Positions 18,744 through 28,234 of a stretch of 64,000 bases of DNA are shown piece after piece (position 1 is the stretch's first letter; each line of letters opens with the position of its first letter). Position numbers and translations under genes: made by a program. The stretch is from an uncultured Chloroflexia bacterium (lineage in GTDB: Bacteria; Chloroflexota; Limnocylindria; Limnocylindrales; CSP1-4). Location of the stretch: NCBI GenBank assembly GCA_963838115.1, contig CAWIPU010000003.1, positions 26,591-90,590 of the forward strand, written 5' to 3'. A model generated the notes under the pieces. The model did no database searches and was not told the DNA's origin. It saw only the letters and a list, made by a program, of their open reading frames with translations.

Positions 18744-19232
18744 GGTGGCCTGTCACTGTGGACAGCGCCCACCGCGCCTTGGCCACACCTGCCGCCGCGT
18801 GCTCCGGGCGGTGGCCGACGGCTCACTTCTTCGCCATTTGACGGGCCTCGCGCCGTTAGGCACGAATCTGCTGGTTCAGCCCCGAGCGGTCTGCATAGCC
18901 ATCCATACGGAACGGTCAGAAGTGCCGGATATGCAGCCAATGTGGATACGGATGCGATCGAGCACAACCCTGCCGCTCGGAAACCAGCCCTAACGGAACC
19001 AGCGGCCACATCTGACCAGGAATCCAGCGCGGCCACGAAGGGGGTGCCCCAGCGCCGCGTGGCGGGATCGATCGCCTCGGGAGCCGGGTGCGCGCGCCGC
19101 GACTACGAAGCGGGCCAGGCTTGCGACGGCGGGCGACGGCGGGCGACGGTGCGACCTACGCGGGCACACGCAGGTGGACGACGCGCTGGTGGACAGACTC
19201 GCCGAAGGTCGGCTAACCTAATCCGGCAACAA

Positions 19233-19309
19233 GCCGCATTCGTCTAGAGGCCCAGGACACCGCCCTCTCAAGGCGGAGATCACCGGTTCGAATCCGGTAT
19301 GCGGTACCA
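19233..19309 (+). tRNA. tRNA-Glu (anticodon CTC)
   Basis: Acceptor GCCGCAT/ATGCGGT, anticodon arm CCGCC-CTCTCAA-GGCGG, T-loop TTCGAAT, encoded CCA. Confidence 0.97.
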
Positions 19310-19321
19310 GCGAACATCCCC

Positions 19322-19355
19322 ACGCCCCCGGACCGCGCCCCGGGGGCGTACTTCT
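19322..19355 (+). terminator. Hairpin terminator after tRNA-Glu
   Basis: ACGCCCCCGG...CCGGGGGCGT followed by ACTTCT. Confidence 0.6.
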
Positions 19356-19408
19356 ATCTGCCGCGGAGTGACTTCGCTACAGTCGGACCATGCAGAGAAT
19401 GACCGCTC

Positions 19409-20485
19409 GTGGACGCTGAGAACCGTCGTCGATATGTGGTGCTGGCGGAAGGGCAGTTCGGAGAGCCCGGCTCCAAGACCGCCATGGGTGTCATCAAGTA
19501 CGGCCGCGATCCGATCGTGGCGGTGCTGGACAGTACCCGCGCCGGGCGCGACGTCGCCGAATGGCTGGGCCAGGAGCACGCCGCGCCCATCGTGGCCACG
19601 CTGGGCGCGGCCTTGCCACTGGGGCCGTCGGCACTCCTCATCGGCACCGCACCTCAGGGCGGCAAGATCCCACCCGAGTGGCGGGCCATCGTCGCCGACG
19701 CCATCGAGCATGGCCTCGACATCGTCAGCGGCCTGCACGAGTTCGTCTCGGACGACCCCGAGTTCACGGCCCTCGCGGCGACGCATGGCGTCGAGCTCAT
19801 CGACCATCGGCGCCCTCCGGAGCGCCACGAAGTGGCCATGGGGCGCAAGCACGGCCCCGGCAAGCACGTGATCCTTACCGTCGGCACCGACTGCGCCATC
19901 GGCAAGATGACCGTGGCCCTGGAGCTCCGTCGTGCAGCGCAGGCAGCCGGTCTCTCGACGGCCTTCGTGCCCACCGGCCAGACCGGCATCATGATCGAAG
20001 GTTGGGGTGTCTCGGTCGATCGCGTCATCAGCGACTTCATCAACGGCACCGCGGAGTGGCTCGTCGAGCAGGCGGAGCAGATGGGCGATTGGATCTTCGT
20101 CGAGGGACAGGGCTCCCTCGACCATCCCGCCTATTCGGCCGTCACCCTGGGCCTGGTCCACGGCACCACGCCGCACGCCATGGTGCTGGTGCATCAGCCT
20201 GGCCGAAGTGGCCACTTCGGTTGGGAGCAGAACACCGGTGTCGCTTCGCCCACCCTGTCGCTGGCGGACAACATCCGCCTCTACGAACTGGTGGCCAATG
20301 CCGTTGCGCCGTCACGTGTGGCGGCCATCGCCCTCAACACCGCGCTGCTATCCGACGCGGACGCAAGAGCGGAGATCGAACAGGTCGCCGTCGAAACCGG
20401 ATTGCCCGTCGATGACCCATATCGTTTCGGCCCGGAGCGACTCTTTGCCGAGCTCCGCGCCTCGCTCGAAGGAGATGCCCCATGA
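19409..20485 (+). CDS. DUF1611 protein (DgcN-like D-amino-acid N-acetyltransferase)
   Basis: 'KTAMG', 'SGLH', 'VGTDCAIGKMT', 'TGQTG', 'VEGQGSL.HPAYS'. Confidence 0.88.
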   Translation: MDAENRRRYVVLAEGQFGEPGSKTAMGVIKYGRDPIVAVLDSTRAGRDVAEWLGQEHAAPIVATLGAALPLGPSALLIGTAPQGGKIPPEWRAIVADAIEHGLDIVSGLHEFVSDDPEFTALAATHGVELIDHRRPPERHEVAMGRKHGPGKHVILTVGTDCAIGKMTVALELRRAAQAAGLSTAFVPTGQTGIMIEGWGVSVDRVISDFINGTAEWLVEQAEQMGDWIFVEGQGSLDHPAYSAVTLGLVHGTTPHAMVLVHQPGRSGHFGWEQNTGVASPTLSLADNIRLYELVANAVAPSRVAAIALNTALLSDADARAEIEQVAVETGLPVDDPYRFGPERLFAELRASLEGDAP

Positions 20486-21540
20486 CGTTCCAGCTTGACA
20501 CCGAGGTCATGGCCCTCTCCCTTCGCGTCCCGTTCAGGATCGCCCGCACGGAGGACCCGGATTCCTCGCAGATCGTGGTGTCGCGCCTACGGCACGACGA
20601 CGTCGAGGGCCTGGGTGAGAGCAACTCGCTGGCCTACTACGGCGAGACCCTCGGGACCGTCGAGGCCGTGCTGCCGCGCCTGGTGGGGACACTTGAGCAG
20701 CTGGGCCCGCTACCGGATGAGCCGCCCAAGGTGCTGGCTTGGTTGGAGCGTTCGGCCGACCTGATGACCGACGCCCTGGGCAACCACGGTGGTGCCAAAG
20801 CCGCCATCGACATGGCGCTCCACGACATCGCCGGCAAGCACCTGGGCCTGCCAGTCTGGCAGCTCCTGGGCACCTCCGACGACGTGCCTCCCACCGACTA
20901 CTCGCTGGGCATCGATGAGCCGGCCACGGTGGCCGAGCGCGCGCGAGAGGCCGCTCACTTCCCGGCTCTCAAGATCAAGGTCGGCGGACCAGCCGACATC
21001 GAGACGCTCGAAGCGGTGCGGGCGGTCTTCAGTGGCCCACTTCGCGTCGATGCCAACACCGGTTGGCAGCCGGAGCAGGCGGCCGCGCTCATCCCCGAAC
21101 TCGACCGGCTCGGCGTGGAGCTGATCGAGCAGCCCTTCAAGGCACGTATGCTGCCGGAACTGCGCTGGCTGAAAGAGCGCTCGAGCTTGCCCATCATGGC
21201 CGACGAGTCGGCCGTCTTCCCCGAGGACCTGCCGATGCTCCAGGGCGTGGTCGATGGCGTCGTGGTCAAGCTGGCCAAGTGCGGCGGCATCGGTCCCGCG
21301 CTGCGCATGATCCGCCAGGCGCGCGAGCTGGACATGAAGGTGATGCTCGGCTGCATGATCGAATCCAGCATCGGCGTGGCCGCTGGCGCGATGGTGGCCA
21401 GCGAGGTCGACTGGCTCGATCTGGACGGCAACCTGATGCTGGTCGAGGATTCCTTCGGCGGCCTTGAGCTGGGTGATGATTGTCGTTGGCAGCTGACATC
21501 CAAGCCCGGCCTTGGCATCTTGGCCGCTCGCGCCGGCTGA
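20482..21540 (+). CDS. L-Ala-D/L-Glu epimerase family enolase-superfamily enzyme (DgcA-like)
   Basis: KIK, DAN, EQP, DES, KLAK, 'GCMIES', DLDG; ATGA overlap with DUF1611 gene. Confidence 0.9.
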   Translation: MTFQLDTEVMALSLRVPFRIARTEDPDSSQIVVSRLRHDDVEGLGESNSLAYYGETLGTVEAVLPRLVGTLEQLGPLPDEPPKVLAWLERSADLMTDALGNHGGAKAAIDMALHDIAGKHLGLPVWQLLGTSDDVPPTDYSLGIDEPATVAERAREAAHFPALKIKVGGPADIETLEAVRAVFSGPLRVDANTGWQPEQAAALIPELDRLGVELIEQPFKARMLPELRWLKERSSLPIMADESAVFPEDLPMLQGVVDGVVVKLAKCGGIGPALRMIRQARELDMKVMLGCMIESSIGVAAGAMVASEVDWLDLDGNLMLVEDSFGGLELGDDCRWQLTSKPGLGILAARAG

Positions 21541-21859
21541 GCGATCGAAGCGAGTCCCTTGTGGCCCACCCGGAACCTGCCGAGCGTCATCAGATGCAAC
21601 CACGACCAGTCGATGTGGACAAGCTCGTGGACAACTTCGTGGACGACGCCCTAGCGCCCCGCTGAGGGTCGGCCGTATCATCTCGGGAGCCACCCGGACC
21701 GTGCTCTGAGGTGGCGTGAGAGGGATAGCCCAGGGGTCTGCGGACGTCTCCGAACGGGCTGAGAGTGTCGTTGTGCGTCGGCCATCGTGCTGCGCCGACG
21801 GACTTGTATGGATCGTCTTAACGCGGGGGCGCTTCGGCGCGCCCGGAAGGTGGGAGAGG

Positions 21860-22237
21860 GTGTCGATAGAGCGGCTGGGCAACGCACTGCCCGAGACAGG
21901 AGAAGAGCGTCTCATCGGCAGGCCCGGAGCCGTCGTCGGCGCTGGGGCGATCGTCGGTCCGGTAGCTATCGTCGGCCCGGCGGACGTCGTCGATCCCGAC
22001 GCGGAGGCGGTCGAGTTCGTCCGCTTCTGCTACCGCCGGCGCGCGGTGGCGTGGCCGGAGCTGTACGACGAGATGTGTGCCGTAGCCGCTCGCGGCGACT
22101 ACCGCGGCATGGAGTACGAGGAGCTCCAGCGCCTCGGCATCGGCTTCGCGCTCGCAGCCCTGCCTCGCATGGCCGAGATGGCCAACCGGGTCATCGCCCA
22201 GGAACGTCGCCGTGAGCCTATCGCAGCGATCGCCTGA
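21860..22237 (+). CDS. Small hypothetical protein with N-terminal hexapeptide-like repeat
   Basis: GTG after GGAGAGG; structured C-terminal part 'VEFVRFCYRRR..WPELYDEMC'. Confidence 0.65.
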   Translation: MSIERLGNALPETGEERLIGRPGAVVGAGAIVGPVAIVGPADVVDPDAEAVEFVRFCYRRRAVAWPELYDEMCAVAARGDYRGMEYEELQRLGIGFALAALPRMAEMANRVIAQERRREPIAAIA

Positions 22238-22288
22238 TGGACCCTGTCGGAGCCGACACAGCCTGGGCCGCACGCCGCCTCGCTCGAT

Positions 22289-22933
22289 TCAGTCTCGCCG
22301 GCCGCCTGCCATCTTCACCGCCATCTCCACCGGCATCTCCATCGAGATGATGGCGTCGTAGCCCAGCCAGCGCTCCAGGGGCCGGGTCTTCTCCACCCCC
22401 GTGACCCGAAACCCCAGGCGTTCGTACAGCGCCTGAGCGCGCGGGTTGGTGTCGACGACATGGAGACGCAGCCAACGCAAGCCGTCCTCGCGGGCGACGC
22501 TGACGGCTTCATGCAGTAGCCGCGTACCGATGCCCTCGCCGCGATCCGCCGGCGCCACCGCCACGCCATCGACGTACAGCTCATCGACCGCCGGATGGTG
22601 CTCGGCAAGGCGAAGCCCCAGCACGGCCCGGATCGATCCGCGGAGGCCGAGCAGGTCGCGGTAGGGGCGTGGATCCCAGGGGACGTCCAGCAGTCCGCCG
22701 CGGTAGCGGCCGCTACCGGAGCTGAGCCCTAGCATGCCCGACAGCTCATCGCCGCGTCTCGCCACCACCGCGTGGTCGGCAACGAAGACACGATCCATGA
22801 AGTCCAGCCTCTTCTCCTTGTCAGGCAGGGCGATCCGGAGCTTCTCGCCGAAGGCCTCGTCGAACAGGATCACACCCGCTCGGAGCAGATGCTCCGGCAG
22901 GCCGCGCTGGATGACGGTGGTCTCGACGTCCAT
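22289..22933 (-). CDS. GNAT family N-acetyltransferase
   Basis: 'LYVDGVAVAPADRGEGIGTRLL', 'NPRAQALYERLGF'. Confidence 0.9.
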   Translation of the reverse strand: MDVETTVIQRGLPEHLLRAGVILFDEAFGEKLRIALPDKEKRLDFMDRVFVADHAVVARRGDELSGMLGLSSGSGRYRGGLLDVPWDPRPYRDLLGLRGSIRAVLGLRLAEHHPAVDELYVDGVAVAPADRGEGIGTRLLHEAVSVAREDGLRWLRLHVVDTNPRAQALYERLGFRVTGVEKTRPLERWLGYDAIISMEMPVEMAVKMAGGRRD

Positions 22934-23004
22934 CTGTAAACGCAGCCTACCCGACGCGACCGATGGCCCTACCGGCGAAGCGTTCAGCCTGCCACGCTGG
23001 GTCG

Positions 23005-23601
23005 ATGTACACGTCACGCTCGACCACGCCGCTGCCTCCGCCCCGGACCGACGGCAGCATGGCCCTGGAGGCAGCCCTCGCCCTGCGTCACACGGTGCGC
23101 GAGTTCCAAGCCCATGACCTGACCGAGGCTGAGATCGGACAGCTGCTGTGGGCAGCGCAGGGCGTCACTCACGAAGATGGTCGGCGCACCGCGCCTTCGG
23201 CCAGCAATCTCAAGGCGCTGGAGACGTACGTCGTCACTGCCGACGGCCTCGCTCGCTACATGCCGGACGAACATGCCCTCGCCCCGATCGACGACGCTGA
23301 TCTGCGGTCACGACTGGAGGAGGCCACCGGTGGCCAGCCGTTCATCGGCCATGCGCCGCTGGTGGTCATCTTCAGCATCGTGCCGGGTCGCGTCTCCGGG
23401 CGTCACGGCGAGGAGCGCGCTATCCGCTATGCGGACCTCGAAGCCGGCCATGCTGGACAGAACCTGCTGCTGCAGGCGGTGGCGCTGGACCTTGGGGCTG
23501 TGCCCGTCGGGTCATTCGACGACCGTGCCGTGTGTCAGCTGCTAGAGCTGCCCGACGGCGAGAAACCGCGCTACCTCTTCACGATCGGTCGCCCCGGCTA
23601 G
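23005..23601 (+). CDS. SagB/ThcOx-type nitroreductase family protein
   Basis: 'LLWAAQG', 'RTAPSA', 'LEAGHAGQN..LQAVAL.LG'. Confidence 0.88.
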   Translation: MYTSRSTTPLPPPRTDGSMALEAALALRHTVREFQAHDLTEAEIGQLLWAAQGVTHEDGRRTAPSASNLKALETYVVTADGLARYMPDEHALAPIDDADLRSRLEEATGGQPFIGHAPLVVIFSIVPGRVSGRHGEERAIRYADLEAGHAGQNLLLQAVALDLGAVPVGSFDDRAVCQLLELPDGEKPRYLFTIGRPG

Positions 23602-23622
23602 GGTTCAGCCCGCTCCGTGAAG

Positions 23623-23853
23623 TCAGGCTCGGATCTGGCGACGAGCCAGCTCGGCCTCGATGACGCGCTCGGCCTCCACGTAGCGGTCGATCTCCATGCG
23701 CAGCTCGTTGGCCTCCGGTCGATAGAGGTGCACCTGGCCCTGCAGGACGTAGCTGAGACGGCGCGAGGTCATGCGCACGTGGTCGAGGTTCTTCATCAGG
23801 ACCAGCGGGTCCATCGAAGCCAGGTCGTCGGGGTGGTACATGGGCTGCTGCAT
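23623..23853 (-). CDS. Small hypothetical helical protein (76 aa)
   Basis: MQQPMYHPDDLASMDPLVLMKNLDHVRMTSRRLSY...; TATACT box just upstream; good codon bias. Confidence 0.65.
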   Translation of the reverse strand: MQQPMYHPDDLASMDPLVLMKNLDHVRMTSRRLSYVLQGQVHLYRPEANELRMEIDRYVEAERVIEAELARRQIRA

Positions 23854-23960
23854 CGCCGCCCGAGTATACCGAGACCGGCCTTCCACCAGCGGGGTGGCAC
23901 TACACTCGGAGCTGCCCGACGGCGGATGCTTGGGGCCACAAGAACGAGAGGACGTGAGCC

Positions 23961-25877
23961 ATGGCACGCTGGACGAGCGACTCCTACTCCGCCAACGGCG
24001 GCTTCCCGCCGATCTCCGAATACGCATTCCTGAGCGACTGTCACTCGTTGGCGCTGGTGGCGCGTGATGGCTCGGTCGAATGGGCCCTCTTCCACCGGTT
24101 CGACGGGCGACCGGTCTTCGGGCGCATCCTCGACCGCGACATCGGCGGCTTCTTCCGCATCGCCCCCGCTGACGACGAGGTGGACATCGAGCGCCGCTAC
24201 CTGCCCGGTACCAATGTGTTGGAGACGTCCTTCCGAACCGCGAGCGGCGAGGTCACGCTCACCGACTTCATGCCGGTCGAGCCGGACGACCAGGACGTCG
24301 GCGTGGCGCACCGCCTGGGCGCGCGTCACTCGCTCATCCGCGTCGTGCGTGGCGTCAGCGGTGAGATGGGGTTGGCGCTCACGTTCCGTCCCCGTTTCGA
24401 GTACGGGCTCACCACGCCCCACGTCATGCAACTTGCGGATGACCTGGTGGTTGCGACCGGCAGCGCTGACGTACTGCTGCTGGAGAGCGAGATCGAGCCG
24501 CTCACGCGCGACGGTCGCGGCGGCGTCGATGCGCGATCCACGGTCCGGGCCGGGGACGAACGCGTCGTCAGCATCACCTGGTCGACGCCCAGCGGGCCCG
24601 TGACCGACCGGATCGCGCACGACGAGGCCATCGCTGAGCTCGGATCCACCGTGCGCTTCTGGCAGCGCTGGAACGAGCAGACGCGCTACGAGGGCCCCTA
24701 CCGCGAGGTCGTCGAGCGAAGCGCGCTGGTCATCAAGGGCCTGACCGACGGTAAGACCGGTGCCGTCATCGCTGCTGCCACCACCTCGTTGCCCGAGACC
24801 ATCGGCGGTGGACGCAACTGGGACTACCGCTACACCTGGGTTCGCGACTCCAGCACCATGCTCGACGCACTCATCCGTTTGGGCCACGACTACGAGTGTG
24901 CCCGCTTCAGCCGCTGGATCCGGGACACCACGGCCGGTCGCGCATCGGAGCTCCAGATCATGTACGGCATCGGCGGCGAACGCATCCTCAGCGAGACCGA
25001 GCTGTCGCACCTTTCTGGCTATCGTGGCTCGCAGCCGGTCCGCATCGGGAACGGCGCCTGGGACCAGAAGCAGCACGACACCTACGGCTGGCTGCTGGCC
25101 TCGACCTGGTTCCGCGAGGCGCATGCGGGCGACGTGGGCGAGGTGGGCGAGCACGTGGATGCCCACTACCAGCGCTTCATCGATGAGGTCGTGGAGCTGG
25201 CCATCGACGAGTTCGATGTCGTCGACGAGGGCATCTGGGAGGTGCGCGGTGGCGCCCAGCATTTCCTCTTCTCAAAGCTGCTGATGTGGCTGGCCGTGGA
25301 CCTGGGTGTGCGTCTCGTCGATCGTCACGACGGTGCCGCTGCGGTCCCGGTCCGCTGGCGCGAGGCACGCGACGAGATGCGCCGCCGTATCGAGACCGAG
25401 GGCGTTGACCCGGTCCGTGGCGTCTTCACACAGGCATTCGGCTCGACCGCGCTGGACGCAGCCGCGCTGCAGATCCCGACCGTCGGCTTCCTGCCGGCCG
25501 ACGACCCGCGCATGCTGGCCACCATCGAGGCAATCGACCGCGAGCTGGGCGTGGATGGGCACATCTACCGCTACCGTACCGATGACGGCCTCGACGGCGA
25601 GGAAGGAACCTTCGTCTTTTGCACCTTGTGGATGGTGGCGGCGCTGGCACGCAGCGGCCAAGTCGAACGAGCCCGCGAGCGTTTCGAGATGGTGCTCTCA
25701 CACGCCAACGACCTGGGCCTGTTGGCGGAGGAGATCGACCCCCGTAGTGGCCAGCAGTTGGGCAACTTCCCGCAGGCGTTCAGCCACGTCGGAGTCATCT
25801 CCGCCGCCCTGGCCATCAACGCCGCCGAGAAGGGCCTGAAGGGCTGGGTCCTGGGCTCACCGGAGTCGCTGGCGTGA
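23961..25877 (+). CDS. Glycoside hydrolase family 15 (glucoamylase/trehalase-like)
   Basis: 'TTSLPE..GG.RNWDYRYTWVRD', 'GIWEVRG', 'LAEE...GNFPQAFSH'. Confidence 0.93.
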   Translation: MARWTSDSYSANGGFPPISEYAFLSDCHSLALVARDGSVEWALFHRFDGRPVFGRILDRDIGGFFRIAPADDEVDIERRYLPGTNVLETSFRTASGEVTLTDFMPVEPDDQDVGVAHRLGARHSLIRVVRGVSGEMGLALTFRPRFEYGLTTPHVMQLADDLVVATGSADVLLLESEIEPLTRDGRGGVDARSTVRAGDERVVSITWSTPSGPVTDRIAHDEAIAELGSTVRFWQRWNEQTRYEGPYREVVERSALVIKGLTDGKTGAVIAAATTSLPETIGGGRNWDYRYTWVRDSSTMLDALIRLGHDYECARFSRWIRDTTAGRASELQIMYGIGGERILSETELSHLSGYRGSQPVRIGNGAWDQKQHDTYGWLLASTWFREAHAGDVGEVGEHVDAHYQRFIDEVVELAIDEFDVVDEGIWEVRGGAQHFLFSKLLMWLAVDLGVRLVDRHDGAAAVPVRWREARDEMRRRIETEGVDPVRGVFTQAFGSTALDAAALQIPTVGFLPADDPRMLATIEAIDRELGVDGHIYRYRTDDGLDGEEGTFVFCTLWMVAALARSGQVERARERFEMVLSHANDLGLLAEEIDPRSGQQLGNFPQAFSHVGVISAALAINAAEKGLKGWVLGSPESLA

Positions 25878-25968
25878 CGCCGCATCCTCTCGCTGCCTCG
25901 CTGAGCCGGGTGGCTCAGAATGGAGTTCACGCCCGCGTCCGTGGCGTGGATCGATCACAGGAGGACAC

Positions 25969-26394
25969 ATGAAGGTCGCCATCGTCTACGAGACACACAC
26001 CGGCACCACCAGTGCGGCGGCAGAGTCGATGGCGCAGGTGGTGCGTGCCGCCGGCCACGAGTGCAGCGTGCAGTCGATCTCCCACACGGATGCCAAGGCG
26101 GCGACCCGCGCCGATGCCATCGTGCTGGGCGCCTGGACCAAGGGTTACTTCATCATCAAGCAGCACCCCTCCGAAGGTCTGATGACCTTCATCGAAGGCA
26201 TGTCCATCAATCACCGGCCGGTGGCTGTCTTCACCACCTACAAGCTGGCCGTGGGCTCCACGCTGCGGCAAATGGCCAATGCCGTCGAATCATCGGGTGG
26301 CAAGGTGACCGGCATGTACAAGGTCAGGGGCCCCAAGGTTCCTGAGGGATTCCCGGCTTGGGTCAATTCGCTTGGCAGCGGCGCAGCCGTCTGA
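25969..26394 (+). CDS. Flavodoxin-like protein
   Basis: 'IVYETHTGTT' FMN loop; AGGAGG RBS. Confidence 0.8.
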   Translation: MKVAIVYETHTGTTSAAAESMAQVVRAAGHECSVQSISHTDAKAATRADAIVLGAWTKGYFIIKQHPSEGLMTFIEGMSINHRPVAVFTTYKLAVGSTLRQMANAVESSGGKVTGMYKVRGPKVPEGFPAWVNSLGSGAAV

Positions 26395-26411
26395 GCTGAC
26401 AGCTGCCGCCT

Positions 26412-26457
26412 GCAGCGAAGGACCCCCTCGCGGACGAAGGGGTCCCTGGTTCGCTGC
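26412..26457. terminator. Hairpin between convergent genes
   Basis: GCAGCGAA-GGACCCC...GGGGTCC-CTGG-TTCGCTGC inverted repeat. Confidence 0.6.
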
Positions 26458-26466
26458 GAGTCGGGT

Positions 26467-28107
26467 CTAGAGATCCAGCTCGCCCGTCAGGTGCACCTCG
26501 ACACCAAGTGCGTCGAACATGGCCGCCTTGGCTGCCAACGCCTTCTTGCCCATCTCCACGTCCGGCGCGTACACCACCTGGATGTGGTTGCTGCGATGGC
26601 GCGCCATGAACTGGTCGCGGGAGACCCCCGGCATCACCAGGTGCATGATGGGCCAGTTGCTGCTGGTGGCGTCCCAGCGCCGCTGCGTCTCCTCGTCAGG
26701 CAGCTCGATGGCCTCGCCCAGGCCCATGTCGACCTGTAGCTTGCCGTCCATCAGGAAGACGCGACTGTAGACGACCGGGCCGGCCTTGCTGACACCCTTG
26801 ATGGTGCCGCCGCCGAGACGGAAGTACATGGGGCTCTGGCGCTCGGACACGACGCCCTCGTAGCCACCGCGGAGATGGGAAGGCGGGACCGAGCCGGAGA
26901 TCTCCATGATCCACACGAAGTCGTCCCCCCAGGGGTCGCCCCAGCGCACGTCATGCAGGCTGGTGGAGGGGTTGAGACCCATGGCGGTCCAGACGCGGTT
27001 GGTGATGAGCGCGTCCACGCCGGCACCCCAGTCGACCTCGTTGAAGTGCGGCAGGGGCTGGCCCGGATAGAGCTCGTTGCCGTCCTCGTCGTAGGCGGGT
27101 GGACGGTCGATCTCGTTGAGCAGGCCCTCGGCCAGGTCTGACGCCGGCACCAGGTCCTTCAAGCCTTGCTGGTACTGGATGCCGATGCCGGCACAACCGA
27201 AGTCCTTGGCGATGCGAAGCGCGGCGATGTACATCTTGCACTGGCTGATGACCTGGTCCTTGGTGAGCTCGGTCTCCCAGTCCTCGCCGAAGTCGAACGT
27301 CATGCCGCGATCGACCAGCCAGGCGAAGACGGCCTCAGCCTCCTCGTCGCTGACGGTGGTCATCCGGTAGAAGAGGGCCGACTGGCTCAGGCGCTCCTTG
27401 TAGATGCCCAGCGGGTTGATGTACTCGTCATCGAAGATGGCGTTATACATGCCCATGCAGCCTTCGTCGAAGATGCCCATGATGGCCTTCTTCTGCTGCA
27501 GCTCGGCGGCCAATGCCCGGCCCAGCTCGGCCTCGTTCGCGGGCAGCTTGGAGGCATCGAGGTCGCGCACATGCGACGTGTCGTGCTCGATCTTGCCCGT
27601 CTTGACCCATTGCTGGAGCGCTTGGCGAGCCCACACGTCGCTGAAATCCTCGCTCCAGATGGTGCTGTACTCCATGCCCGCCTTGGTCATCGAGGCGTTG
27701 AGGTTCAGCAGTCCCACCAGTCCTGGCCACTGGCCGCTCCAGTTGGCCGCGGTGAGGATGGGGCCGCGCTGCGACTTGAGGCCCGAGAGGACGTGGTGGC
27801 TGTACTCCCAGACGGCCTCGGCGATGATGACCGGCGTATCGGGGTGGATGTCGGCGAAGACGTCCATGCCCATGCGCTGGTTCCAGATGAAGCCGTGTCC
27901 GTACTCCGGGTCGTATGCGTGGCCGCGGCGAACGGTCCAACCGACTTCGGCCAGGACCTCGGCGATCTGCTGCTCCAGCACCTGCTGAGCCGGCCAGCCG
28001 GCAACGTTGGCGGGGTGGCGAAGGTCGCCACTGGTGACCAGCACGACCTCATTGGGCGTGGGCGGGGCCGGCTCATGGAGCTGCGGGACCGCATAGTCGG
28101 TGGGCAT
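26467..28107 (-). CDS. L-fucose/D-arabinose isomerase-like protein
   Basis: ATG 28107 after AAGGAGGAG; 'WPGLVGLLN', 'GIQYQQGLKD', 'HFNEVD', 'HDVRWG', 'SNHIQV'. Confidence 0.8.
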   Translation of the reverse strand: MPTDYAVPQLHEPAPPTPNEVVLVTSGDLRHPANVAGWPAQQVLEQQIAEVLAEVGWTVRRGHAYDPEYGHGFIWNQRMGMDVFADIHPDTPVIIAEAVWEYSHHVLSGLKSQRGPILTAANWSGQWPGLVGLLNLNASMTKAGMEYSTIWSEDFSDVWARQALQQWVKTGKIEHDTSHVRDLDASKLPANEAELGRALAAELQQKKAIMGIFDEGCMGMYNAIFDDEYINPLGIYKERLSQSALFYRMTTVSDEEAEAVFAWLVDRGMTFDFGEDWETELTKDQVISQCKMYIAALRIAKDFGCAGIGIQYQQGLKDLVPASDLAEGLLNEIDRPPAYDEDGNELYPGQPLPHFNEVDWGAGVDALITNRVWTAMGLNPSTSLHDVRWGDPWGDDFVWIMEISGSVPPSHLRGGYEGVVSERQSPMYFRLGGGTIKGVSKAGPVVYSRVFLMDGKLQVDMGLGEAIELPDEETQRRWDATSSNWPIMHLVMPGVSRDQFMARHRSNHIQVVYAPDVEMGKKALAAKAAMFDALGVEVHLTGELDL

Positions 28108-28234
28108 GGGTGTATCTCCTCCTTGGGTCGATGATGGTGCTGTCATGATGCGCCGCGCGGCAGCGGTTCGCAGTGCCAACCTGGCCCTATCGGGGTCGTC
28201 CACATGGACCCGTTGCAGGCCCTATCTTGAGCAC

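Noticed and set aside
18744-19232. ORF 18942..19247 and a minus-strand fragment 'MDGYADRSGLNQQIRA*RREARQMAKK' before tRNA-Glu
   Set aside because: No motifs, an in-frame stop and overlap with the tRNA; neither a gene nor an RNA can be supported
19233-21540. Functional link between tRNA-Glu and the D-Glu-related genes
   Set aside because: A terminator hairpin separates them and no mechanism is evident; likely coincidence
23005-23601. RiPP (azole) biosynthesis from the SagB-type gene
   Set aside because: No YcaO, precursor or transporter nearby; stand-alone SagB-type nitroreductases are common
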